The notes below the pieces were generated by a model. That model did not search any database. It was not told the DNA's origin and saw only the letters and a list, made by a program, of their open reading frames with translations. A program made the translations under genes and the position numbers. This document shows, piece by piece, positions 18,112 to 26,953 of a stretch of 64,000 bases of DNA; within the stretch, counting starts at the first letter, position 1, and each line of letters starts with the position of its first letter. The stretch is from an uncultured Candidatus Saccharibacteria bacterium. GTDB taxonomy: Bacteria; Patescibacteriota; Minisyncoccia; Phycocordibacterales; UBA2100. Location: the NCBI GenBank assembly GCA_964586255.1, contig CAZPGE010000003.1, positions 2,537 through 66,536 on the forward strand, in the 5' to 3' direction.

Positions 18112-19987
18112 GTCACAGATTGCACAGTGCTACACTTGGGGTACAGGTATGTGGCGCATGTCACTTTCTACAGCAGTTGTCATGTACGGCGGCGCACTTA
18201 TGGCGCTGCCGCTCATTGTCGCTCTTCTCAATACGGTAGGGATGGGTCTCGTCGGGGGATGGATACCCCTCCTTGCGCTCGGCGCAGCTTCAGCTGTTGC
18301 AGCGCTCGCGCTCCTCACAAGAAAGACGACGATAGCGCTCCCGCGAAATATTCATATTTTGGCCGGACTCCCCATTCTCGTTGTGTCGGTGGCATCGCTC
18401 GTAGGTCGACCATCGCTTGAAACCATGGTATTCGGAGTCTCGCTTGAGACAGGCACCGTAGGCTCGTTTTTTTTGTTTGCGAGCGCTATAGTATGCGGCT
18501 CTCTCATGGCACGCGCAAACATGTTGCGCCTCCTCGATATTTTTTTGGGTGCCTCTGCGGCAGGTTCCGTTATAACGTTTACCCGCATAGCTTTCTTGGG
18601 ATGGGAGCATGTTGAACTCATGAACAATGTATCGCTCATTATATGTGCGGCCCTGATTGTCGCAGTCTTACGAGCTGAAGGAGCACGCGGGAGAGCACGT
18701 CTTGTATATGGTGCATGCGCGTTCTTGTTTAGCGCCCTTCTCTTCTTCACATCTAGTGGGAGCACCAACTTGCTTTCGGTAATTACCTTGCTCGCTATAA
18801 GTGCGTTCGTGGTTTGGCGTAGCAACATCGAGCATATTCCGTGGACCGCGGTAATCTCCACTCTTTTTATCGGAGTCTTATTGCTTGTTGGTCACGTGGG
18901 GAAATTCATACCGACATCACCTGATGTGAGACCCTCCTTGTCGGTGACTTCGCGTTTAGCCGGTGCGCTGTATTTCCAAGACATACAAGGCGCCTTGTTG
19001 GGAATTGGCCCAAATGGATTTCACTATGCGTGGGAGAAGCATCGTGTACCTGAGCTCAATGCTTCGCCGCTTTGGCAACTTTCTCCTCACCACGGTTATT
19101 CGACAGCCGCGACGTTCGCTGTGACGATGGGAATGCTCGGATTCCTCGCATTTTTTCTTATGACACTTTCATTCGTCGTGTTTACCGTACATCGACTTGT
19201 GTGTTTATTCAAAGACGGCGATGCTGAGATGCTCACGCACGCACTCCCGGCTGTAGCGCTTGCACTTTTTGCCCTCGCAGCGATGTTCACGGAGGTCCTC
19301 GAGTCCCCGTTATTTCTCATCGGTGGGGTAGCAGTCGGTATGTCTGTACGCGCGCTAGAATCGGAAGTGCGCATCATACCTATCGACTTTTCATTTGGTG
19401 GGTCGCGTCTTGTTGCAGGACTTATTGCGATAGTGGCACTCGCCATGTCTGCACTATTGCTACAGGCTTCGATGCGCCCGGTGATTGCCGAGAGATTTCA
19501 TGCCCGGGCAGTTGCCCATGCCTCCGTGGGGGACGCCATAGCACCAGAATTGTTTGAACGTGCGGCGCGCATCTGGAAAACACCTCGCTATAGTCTTGAT
19601 GCATCTCGGGCTTTTGTGGAGCGTGCTCGCGTAGCCGGAGAGGGGGGCGATACATATGGTCTACGCGTCTCAGTCGAGAAGGCCATTTCGTATGCGGGAG
19701 GCGCTACTGATTCTGATCCGAATAATTATGAAGTATGGCTGTATCGAGGTTCACTTTTTATGGCACTTATCTCGAGTGGATATCCCCAAGCGGCAGAAAA
19801 TGCGTACGCTGACATTCAGGAGGCAAAAATGCGAGCTCCTGCGCGTCCAGATGTGCACTACCAAGAGGCGCTGCTTGAGACGGCGCGTGGTAGAAAAGTG
19901 AATGCCCGCATTGCTCTGGAAAGAGCGATAGAGCTCAAGCCCGATTACGCCGAGGCGCTTTCTCTTTTCAAATCATTGTCTGAATAA
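18110..19987 (+). CDS. Polytopic membrane protein with a C-terminal TPR-like domain (O-antigen-ligase/Wzy-like architecture)
   Basis: At least 10 predicted TM helices, followed by ~170 aa of helical repeats (EVWLYRGSLFMALISSGYPQAAENAYADIQEA...KPDYAEALSLFKSL). Confidence 0.45.
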   Translation: MSQIAQCYTWGTGMWRMSLSTAVVMYGGALMALPLIVALLNTVGMGLVGGWIPLLALGAASAVAALALLTRKTTIALPRNIHILAGLPILVVSVASLVGRPSLETMVFGVSLETGTVGSFFLFASAIVCGSLMARANMLRLLDIFLGASAAGSVITFTRIAFLGWEHVELMNNVSLIICAALIVAVLRAEGARGRARLVYGACAFLFSALLFFTSSGSTNLLSVITLLAISAFVVWRSNIEHIPWTAVISTLFIGVLLLVGHVGKFIPTSPDVRPSLSVTSRLAGALYFQDIQGALLGIGPNGFHYAWEKHRVPELNASPLWQLSPHHGYSTAATFAVTMGMLGFLAFFLMTLSFVVFTVHRLVCLFKDGDAEMLTHALPAVALALFALAAMFTEVLESPLFLIGGVAVGMSVRALESEVRIIPIDFSFGGSRLVAGLIAIVALAMSALLLQASMRPVIAERFHARAVAHASVGDAIAPELFERAARIWKTPRYSLDASRAFVERARVAGEGGDTYGLRVSVEKAISYAGGATDSDPNNYEVWLYRGSLFMALISSGYPQAAENAYADIQEAKMRAPARPDVHYQEALLETARGRKVNARIALERAIELKPDYAEALSLFKSLSE

Positions 19988-19991
19988 CGGT

Positions 19992-21344
19992 ATGCTCATG
20001 CAATCTCGAAATATCGGCTTCGGAGTGGGCGTGACCGTACTCACGTGCGTACTCGCAGCGTATGCGGTAGTTTCGAGTCTTTCTCCGAAAGTCTTTACGA
20101 TTACGCTCACCGAGTCAGGATTTGTGCCCTCAAGATTGCTCATAGATAAGGGAGATACCGTCGTCTTTATATCTGAGGTCGAGGACGCATTCTGGCCGGC
20201 ATCGGACTCGCATCCCACCCACGGTCGCTATCCTGAATTTGACCCAGGTCGCGCGCTCGTTCCGGGAGAGTCATGGGAATTCACGTTTGAGAAAGCCGGT
20301 GTGTGGACATTCCATGATCACCTGAGGACGGGTCTGAGAGGCAAGATATTGGTCATGGGCGCAAAAGGTGAAAGCAGCAGGAATTGTCTAAAGGTACAAA
20401 CCGGGACCATACAGCCTGAGTGCTGGGAAGCCGAAGTTGTATCTGTCGTGCGCACAAGAGGTACGGAAGCGGCATTCGACTCGATACGAACATGGTATGA
20501 AGAGAGCAGTGACTTCCGGAGAAATTGTCATGATGTTATGCATATTGTGGGCGTTGCGGCATATGCCGAATATGCCGGGAAAGGACTCGTTACGATACGA
20601 GACGAGACGTCGTATTGCGGGCATGGCTTTTATCACGGATTTGTTGAAAAGATGCTTTTGGAACGCGGGGCAGGCCAGTACGCGGAGGCCGATGCGTATT
20701 GCACGGATCTCAAGGTCATGAAGCCCGAGGCGGCCGGATCGTGTTATCACGGTATCGGTCACGCGGTATTCGATTCAATCGATGGTTCTTTGTGGGGTAA
20801 TGACGTCGGCATGGTCGACTTCGCGCTTGGCGTATGCCAAGCGGCACTGTCAGGCGAGTGGGAGCGCGTGCGTTGTGGTTCCGGCATCTTTAATGCGCTG
20901 GCGAATGCGTATAGTGCAAGAACCTATGACCTCACGTATCTCGATAATAAGCCGCCCTCTCTTTGCGACAATGTGCCGAAAGCGTATCAAGACTTTTGCA
21001 ATATGGAACTTGGCAATGGATATATCCGAGATAAACATTGGGGGCAGGCACAGGAAATCGATTTCATTCGACGTATCGAAAATCAGGAAGTTCGCGCTGC
21101 GATCATCGTGGGATATATGGACACTGAGGTCAAACGTTCTATAGATGCTGTTGACGTAGGGGCATTCGCGAAGTTGTGCCGCTCCTTCTCAATAGAGCAA
21201 GATATTCATGCGTGCGTTGTAGGAGTTCATTCGGGTTTGCGGGGGATCGGCGAGCCCGAAAACGAGGATGGGCTCGTGGAATCGTTTTGCAGGCTTTTGG
21301 ATGGTCCATACCGCATGACGTGTACCGAGAGTACTCGCCCATAG
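19992..21344 (+). CDS. Anchored fusion protein: cupredoxin-like domain plus Cys/His-rich repeat domain (family member 4)
   Basis: TM helix, then a cupredoxin-fold signature (GDTVVFISEVEDAFWPASDSHPTHGRYPEFDP...WEFTFEKAGVWTFHDHLRTGLRGKILV), then YCGHGFYHGF and SCYHGIGHAVFD motifs. Confidence 0.7.
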   Translation: MLMQSRNIGFGVGVTVLTCVLAAYAVVSSLSPKVFTITLTESGFVPSRLLIDKGDTVVFISEVEDAFWPASDSHPTHGRYPEFDPGRALVPGESWEFTFEKAGVWTFHDHLRTGLRGKILVMGAKGESSRNCLKVQTGTIQPECWEAEVVSVVRTRGTEAAFDSIRTWYEESSDFRRNCHDVMHIVGVAAYAEYAGKGLVTIRDETSYCGHGFYHGFVEKMLLERGAGQYAEADAYCTDLKVMKPEAAGSCYHGIGHAVFDSIDGSLWGNDVGMVDFALGVCQAALSGEWERVRCGSGIFNALANAYSARTYDLTYLDNKPPSLCDNVPKAYQDFCNMELGNGYIRDKHWGQAQEIDFIRRIENQEVRAAIIVGYMDTEVKRSIDAVDVGAFAKLCRSFSIEQDIHACVVGVHSGLRGIGEPENEDGLVESFCRLLDGPYRMTCTESTRP

Positions 21345-21364
21345 TGTGCAATAATGGCCTCGAT

Positions 21365-21751
21365 ATGCGCGCGGTATTCAGTATCTTGATAGTGCTTGCA
21401 GTCGTCGCGCTCGTAGGTGCCCTCGTGTATACGAGCACCCCATCCAAAGTAAAGATAGTCGACTTTCAGGGACAAGAAAGAGTCGATATCGTGCTGAAAG
21501 AAGACGGTTTCGAACCGCGCGATATCCGCGTGACTCGGGGCACCGTGGTGACCTTTACTACAACGCGTCCAAACAAATTCTGGCCGGCTTCCAACGCGCA
21601 TCCATCGCATGATGTGTACCCGCAGTTTGACCCGCAGAAGGTGCTGAGCCCAGAGGAATCATGGTCGTTCACATTTGACGTGGTGGGTGTGTGGGGTTAC
21701 CACGATCACGTGCGTTCGTATTTTACCGGGGTCATATATGTGGATGAATAA
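21365..21751 (+). CDS. Small anchored cupredoxin-like protein (stand-alone paralogue of the N-terminal domain of 19992..21344)
   Basis: Starts at Met 64 of ORF 21176..21751 (MRAVFSILIVLAVVALVGALVY). Contains RGTVVTFTTTRPNKFWPASNAHPSHDVYPQFDP...WSFTFDVVGVWGYHDHVRSYFTGVIYV. Confidence 0.65.
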   Translation: MRAVFSILIVLAVVALVGALVYTSTPSKVKIVDFQGQERVDIVLKEDGFEPRDIRVTRGTVVTFTTTRPNKFWPASNAHPSHDVYPQFDPQKVLSPEESWSFTFDVVGVWGYHDHVRSYFTGVIYVDE

Positions 21752-22946
21752 AAAGATATTGGTACGCGTGGGGGCAGGTGCGGTGCTCTGTATTGCGCTG
21801 GCCGCTCTGCTTTTTTCATACAGAGACAATTCGAAATCGACGCTCGCGCCATGCCGCAAGGAAACAGTCGATACACAGCAAATAGAATGCATTTTCCGCT
21901 CGATTGAGCGTGAGATTCTTGACGACGGGATGTCAGCGGGTATGGTGCTTTTCTCGCGTGCATACGCTGACTTCCCTTCATTCGTAGCTCAAGGATGTCA
22001 CAAGCAAGCTCACAGAGTCGGAGATATCGTGTATGCGCGTCTTTACACGTCCGAAGGGGGAATGGACGCACTCGATTTTCCGCAAGAGACAACCGCGTGC
22101 GGATACGGATTTTTCCACGGGTTTCTCGAACACTTGATACAAGACAGACCCGACCCCAAGTTTGTCGACTCGATATGTACAAACTTGAGCACGCGTCTCA
22201 GTGGGACGATGGGTTCCATAAAGAGCATATGTTTTCATGGGAGCGGACATGGATTTGCGCTCGCTCATGCAGAGACATTGCCCCGCTCTGCGTGGGGAAA
22301 TGTGCGGGAATTCACGGTGGATGCTGCCGCGATGTGTGACAAGCTTACTGAGGCCGATGAACGTTCGGTTGAGGAATGTAAGGAGGGCGTGTTCAATGTG
22401 TTGGTAGAGTGGATGTCCCTGAAGCAGTACGGCTTTTCCTACGATCAGGCGCGGCCATTTGTTCCATGCGACGCGGGGCCGAGAAGCTTACAGAGTGCGT
22501 GTTACTACGAGATGGCGCAGAAATTGGATGGACTCGCGGAGCGCGACCCTGTCAAGCTTGCACGTATTGTCGCCGATATTCCCGATGAACGATTGAGACT
22601 CATGTCATTCAAAGTCGGTATTGCGGGCATCGTCCAAAATACGATACAAGACAAAGGTGCTTCGGAGAGGATACTTTCTGCATGTGCCACATTGGATAGG
22701 CGATTTCTCAATCTGTGCCTGGAGAATTTCGTACATGGATTATTTGAACATGGTGCACCGCAGGAAGAATATATCCGTGCACTCGGCATGTGCAGGCTCG
22801 ACGCTGTTGTTGAGAATGATCTTGCATCGAAATGCTATGTTGCTGTCATGGAGCGTTTGCCCCGCTTCTACTCTCAAGACCAGCAGAGAAGTATTTGCAC
22901 TGAGTTTCCGCCAGAATTCCGCTCGGATTGCACGCGAAGCTTATAA
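21744..22946 (+). CDS. N-terminally anchored Cys/His-rich repeat protein (family member 5)
   Basis: Start ATGAATAA overlaps the upstream stop (alternative ATG at 21738). TM helix (GAGAVLCIALAALLF). Motifs include ACGYGFFHGFLEHL and CFHGSGHGFALAH. Confidence 0.7.
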   Translation: MNKKILVRVGAGAVLCIALAALLFSYRDNSKSTLAPCRKETVDTQQIECIFRSIEREILDDGMSAGMVLFSRAYADFPSFVAQGCHKQAHRVGDIVYARLYTSEGGMDALDFPQETTACGYGFFHGFLEHLIQDRPDPKFVDSICTNLSTRLSGTMGSIKSICFHGSGHGFALAHAETLPRSAWGNVREFTVDAAAMCDKLTEADERSVEECKEGVFNVLVEWMSLKQYGFSYDQARPFVPCDAGPRSLQSACYYEMAQKLDGLAERDPVKLARIVADIPDERLRLMSFKVGIAGIVQNTIQDKGASERILSACATLDRRFLNLCLENFVHGLFEHGAPQEEYIRALGMCRLDAVVENDLASKCYVAVMERLPRFYSQDQQRSICTEFPPEFRSDCTRSL

Positions 22947-22978
22947 ATCGGCCTGAGTCCCATGATAGCCTGCACAGT

Positions 22979-23539
22979 ATGAGTACAAAGGCGACACCGT
23001 ATATCTATTTTTCGGGTGTTTTGCTCGGCACCCTTCTTAGTGTTGGAAGTGCTTCCGTTTTGGCTCCTCAGCATGTGCTCGCCCATTCACTTGGCGCATC
23101 TTTCGAAGCGACCTCCTCGCCGTACCGCGTCGACGTGGGGTATGACCCTGTCGACTTTTTGGCCGGAGACGCAAGTCGATTTGACTTCGACTTGCGCGAA
23201 GAGTCCGGCCCTATCACTGACTACGATTACGTGTGGGTCAGAATAACGAAAGAAAAAAAGACGCTTTTTGCCACGGGCATCGAGCGGCAGACGCTCGGAC
23301 CCACGACACTTGTCTATACATTTGATACACCCGGTGATTACGTGCTGCATGTAAGTTACCGACAAGGCGCAGACGTGATGGCGGAAGCCTCGTTTCCATT
23401 CACGGTTCTCTTAAGCGACTCCGGTCCCGCGATTCCTGCGGATGCCCTCATGGGGTTTGGAATTGGTGCCGTCCTCTCCATTGCTGCAGCATCTCTCTGG
23501 CTCAGACTCCGCCGCGTACCAATGCGAAACGTGCTCTAG
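22979..23539 (+). CDS. Hypothetical secreted protein with a C-terminal TM anchor
   Basis: Internal ATG precedes a signal-like segment (YFSGVLLGTLLSVGSASVLA). C-terminal helix (GFGIGAVLSIAAASLWL) followed by a basic tail. Confidence 0.45.
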   Translation: MSTKATPYIYFSGVLLGTLLSVGSASVLAPQHVLAHSLGASFEATSSPYRVDVGYDPVDFLAGDASRFDFDLREESGPITDYDYVWVRITKEKKTLFATGIERQTLGPTTLVYTFDTPGDYVLHVSYRQGADVMAEASFPFTVLLSDSGPAIPADALMGFGIGAVLSIAAASLWLRLRRVPMRNVL

Positions 23540-23585
23540 GCTCTCGTATTGTACATAGCCTTAGTATCGATGTTATTATATTTAC

Positions 23586-23816
23586 ATGAAAAGTCTCCGA
23601 GAAAGAACCTCCGGTATCTTTTTTGGCCTGGCGGCTCTCGGCTTAACCATCGGAGCCACAATGGCCTTGTGGTCTGCTCGTTTCGGGACCTCCGTGTTTG
23701 GGCACAAGTCCTCACTCTCAGTTTCCAACACATGTCTTCCGGGACAGGCCTCGGTGCTTAAAAAAGAAAACCCAAACAAGATGCTCTTCATCTCATGCGG
23801 TGGATTTTTGGATTAA
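23586..23816 (+). CDS. Small TM peptide ending ...NKMLFISCGGFLD (candidate precursor or substrate peptide)
   Basis: 76 aa with an N-terminal TM helix (IFFGLAALGLTIGATMALW). Its C-terminus is shared with 13655..13867. Immediately upstream of the PaaK-like gene. Confidence 0.45.
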   Translation: MKSLRERTSGIFFGLAALGLTIGATMALWSARFGTSVFGHKSSLSVSNTCLPGQASVLKKENPNKMLFISCGGFLD

Positions 23817-23862
23817 TGACGACGTGTCATACCGTCGGCAGTGGAATAAGCGGTAATCGCAC

Positions 23863-24966
23863 ATGATGGAAAGAAGTGACATTGCCGCACTCTACAACGA
23901 GATTCTCGATGAGTTTGTTGCACACCCACCCGAAAAGCCGCAGGAGTACTGGATACGCATGACCTCGGGTACGACGACCGGTAGGCCTTTCCTCACGATG
24001 TGGCACAAGAAAAGCGCCGCTGATTGGCCTCATGCAGAGAGCATGCGTCGTTTTATTGTTGCATACGGATTGCTTGCGACTCGCATGAGCAACGTGCTTT
24101 CTTTTCGCATCAATACTGAAAACGAAGGTGCGCTCGTCCTTCCGTTCGATGCCGGTGCGCTCGAACCGTGGGTCGAGCGCCTCCTCTATGATTTTGCACC
24201 CGACAGTTTTTACGCAATCCCGTCTTTTGCTGTCCGCATCTCCGAGCATATGAGCGAAGAATCCCGGAGCAACGTACACACGCTCGGTTTTTCGGGTGAA
24301 CCAATGTCAAAGACGCTTAGAGATTTGTTTATGTCACGATTCCCAAAGGCGAGGCAGGTTATTACATTCGCCACGTCCGAGACCGGAGTCATCACAGGAT
24401 TCCCGTGCGATTATCTTTCTCCGAATCGATATCATCCGCGCGAGGGAGTCGTGATTGAAGTCGAGGAGCCCGACGAGCGGGGTATCGGATACCTACTTAT
24501 CAGTAAAGACCTTCTCTTCGGGAAGCGCATGGAGCGCTACAAGATTGGTGATATGGCCCGCATCGTGCCGGAAGCATGTCCGTGCGGGCAAGCGCTCACA
24601 TTTGAAGTTTTTGGCCGCGCCGGATACGATTTTATAAAAGTAGCTGGAGCAATTTTGCAGCGAGAGGAATTTGATCGTGTCGCGAGCGAATGCGCGGCAC
24701 TCTTCGACGACTACTATGCGGAGGCGGAAGCCGTCGTCGCCGACGGAAAGTTGAAGGGTAAAATAGTTCTCACCGTGTATCGGTCGAATGGCGCGCCGGC
24801 TGTTGAAGAAATTGCACGGGAATTTTCGGCGCGAATATATCTCAGTGTCTCGCAAACGCTGGAGCAGTTTGTTGCACAAGGATTGTTTCTCCCGCTCACC
24901 GTTTTAGTGAGCACAACACCCTTGGTGCGGGACGGGAAGGCGAAGAAGCTTTCGTTGCGTACATAA
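23863..24966 (+). CDS. Adenylate-forming enzyme of the PaaK / coenzyme-F390-synthetase-like (ANL) family
   Basis: P-loop TSGTTTGRPF, A7-like RYKIGDMARIVPEACPCGQ, hinge GRAGYDFIKVAGAIL. Confidence 0.7.
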   Translation: MMERSDIAALYNEILDEFVAHPPEKPQEYWIRMTSGTTTGRPFLTMWHKKSAADWPHAESMRRFIVAYGLLATRMSNVLSFRINTENEGALVLPFDAGALEPWVERLLYDFAPDSFYAIPSFAVRISEHMSEESRSNVHTLGFSGEPMSKTLRDLFMSRFPKARQVITFATSETGVITGFPCDYLSPNRYHPREGVVIEVEEPDERGIGYLLISKDLLFGKRMERYKIGDMARIVPEACPCGQALTFEVFGRAGYDFIKVAGAILQREEFDRVASECAALFDDYYAEAEAVVADGKLKGKIVLTVYRSNGAPAVEEIAREFSARIYLSVSQTLEQFVAQGLFLPLTVLVSTTPLVRDGKAKKLSLRT

Positions 24967-24967
24967 C

Positions 24968-25750
24968 ATGCATATGAGTACACCGATTGAGAATAGCACC
25001 GAGCTTGAGCAACTAATCTCGTTTGTACGCGAAAGTTCGCTCAGTGATTTCTATAGAAATAAATGGGGGACCGCGCAGACATACGGCGGTCTTCCACATA
25101 CTTCGCGCGCTGACTTCATAGCGGCCCCACTTTCCAAGCGTCGCTATAAGAAAGAGAAAGGTATGGTGAAAATCGTAGGAACAGGCGAACAAGCTTTTTT
25201 GTCCGAATGGAGCTTTACGGACATTGGACGAGAACCGTATGCACCGCATAGCACACGCCCGTTTGTCTACATGACAGATTCATATGATGCGGTAGAGAAA
25301 TCTTTGTGGTGCTATGAGAATGGCATGACGCCGCTCGTCGGAGAGAAAGACTCGGACATGGCCATCTTTGCAGCTGAGCGATATCAAATCGACTCGCTAC
25401 TCGTCGACGAACAGTCTCTTGCGAAATTTGCACCGTTTTTTTCGACACTCGAGGCACCGCTTTCCTCTATTACGATTATTGCGTCTAGCTTTTCTCCAAG
25501 CGAGCTTATGTCGCTTGAACGGTACGCCTCATCTATACGCCTGGTCCTCGCGCTGCCCGAAACAGGTGCATTTGCCGAAGCACCACTCTCACGAAACCCG
25601 GAATTCGCCCCGCTCCCGCACTGTGTAATCGAGCATGAATCGGGGATTATTCTCACGAAATTCGCACGGTATCCGACGCCAATCATTCGCTACCGAACCG
25701 ACATACACACACTACCGATTCCCGGTAGCCAGAGCTTTACGTTGCTCTAG
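24968..25750 (+). CDS. P-loop-less PaaK-like paralogue (degenerate adenylate-forming-enzyme homologue)
   Basis: Starts 1 nt after the upstream stop. About 260 aa, ending in an A7-like YPTPIIRYRTDIH. No P-loop. Confidence 0.5.
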   Translation: MHMSTPIENSTELEQLISFVRESSLSDFYRNKWGTAQTYGGLPHTSRADFIAAPLSKRRYKKEKGMVKIVGTGEQAFLSEWSFTDIGREPYAPHSTRPFVYMTDSYDAVEKSLWCYENGMTPLVGEKDSDMAIFAAERYQIDSLLVDEQSLAKFAPFFSTLEAPLSSITIIASSFSPSELMSLERYASSIRLVLALPETGAFAEAPLSRNPEFAPLPHCVIEHESGIILTKFARYPTPIIRYRTDIHTLPIPGSQSFTLL

Positions 25751-25828
25751 AGGCACAGGAGGTTGCTCCTTGAAGCGTGTGGACAGGGAGATATGGTAGC
25801 TCCAAGGCGCAGCGTATAATACAGATAC

Positions 25829-26890
25829 ATGTCGATACTGCATTTCCTTAGCTATCACAACGCGGTGCCGATTGCGGTATCCGTCGTGCTCCTCGGCGCC
25901 GGAGCAAGCTTTGCAGCCACAAATCCAGAGACCATATATTCAGAATCACAAACGGTTTTGTCCATCGACAATACGTATCTCGTCAACAAAGACCTCGGTG
26001 CGTACAGTCCTCGGGCGCAAATAGTTACGGTCACGGAGGACGCGGATACGTACTACATAGAATACACTCTCTTCACAATCGATATCGAAGATGCTGTATG
26101 GAAAGACATCTCCCGGCAACAGATTATGAAAGTTTCTAAAGCGGCGCTCGGCCCCTATCGAGACCTCGGTGTGTATGTCACCGGTCAGCTCAGAGAAAAT
26201 ATAGAGCAAGAGATACGACGACTCACCGAGACACAGGAGATAGAAAAGAGAAATGTCTCACAGAAAATAGTTGCGACCGAATACGGAGGACTTGTCGGCA
26301 AAATGCTCGACACCACGACCGAGACACTGCCGGGCTATACACCTGTCGTGGTCCGTCCACCAGAGCCACAAGTCGCGGTAGTCGGCGAAGCGGTGGGGGG
26401 TGCGCCGGCGTCCGGAACGCCGTCGCAAGAGATTCCGTCTACGGCAGCTCCACAGAGCGATCCGGGTGCGCCCACGATTCAGGTCCTCGGCAACAATCCT
26501 GCGCGGATTCCTCTCGGAAGTACGTATGCTGACCTCGGTGCCGCGATTACCGGCCCCACGCCACAAGACCAAACCCTTGGTATCCATGTATTTGTCAATG
26601 GCAATGAGATGCAGACGCCTTCCATCGACACAGCTATCGCTGGGGAGACAATGATCCGCTACGAGGCCACGAATGCAGCGGGCCTGAAAGGAGTAGCGGA
26701 CAGAGTTGTCGTTGTCTATGACCCAAACGCGTCGAAGGAGCCGGCTGCGTCAGCCTCTGTTGCGGAAACAGTGTCTGCGACCTCTACGGCAGGACAGACT
26801 GGAGCAGTCGCGCCTTCATCAGGAAGCGAACCTGCATTGGACGCAGTATCGGCGCAGTCGGCATCTTCGACAGATGCGACGGCGCAATAA
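25829..26890 (+). CDS. Secreted hypothetical protein with an Ig-like (DUF5011-type) domain and a low-complexity Ala/Ser/Thr-rich C-terminus
   Basis: Signal peptide (AVSVVLLGAGASFAAT). The segment PTIQVLGNNPARIPLGSTYADLGAAITGP resembles the DUF5011 Ig-like motif as I recall it. Confidence 0.5.
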   Translation: MSILHFLSYHNAVPIAVSVVLLGAGASFAATNPETIYSESQTVLSIDNTYLVNKDLGAYSPRAQIVTVTEDADTYYIEYTLFTIDIEDAVWKDISRQQIMKVSKAALGPYRDLGVYVTGQLRENIEQEIRRLTETQEIEKRNVSQKIVATEYGGLVGKMLDTTTETLPGYTPVVVRPPEPQVAVVGEAVGGAPASGTPSQEIPSTAAPQSDPGAPTIQVLGNNPARIPLGSTYADLGAAITGPTPQDQTLGIHVFVNGNEMQTPSIDTAIAGETMIRYEATNAAGLKGVADRVVVVYDPNASKEPAASASVAETVSATSTAGQTGAVAPSSGSEPALDAVSAQSASSTDATAQ

Positions 26891-26953
26891 TGGGCGTTGG
26901 CCACATCCGAAAGGGATTTTCCTGGAAAGGCGGGTGATATACTGCTTCGTACT

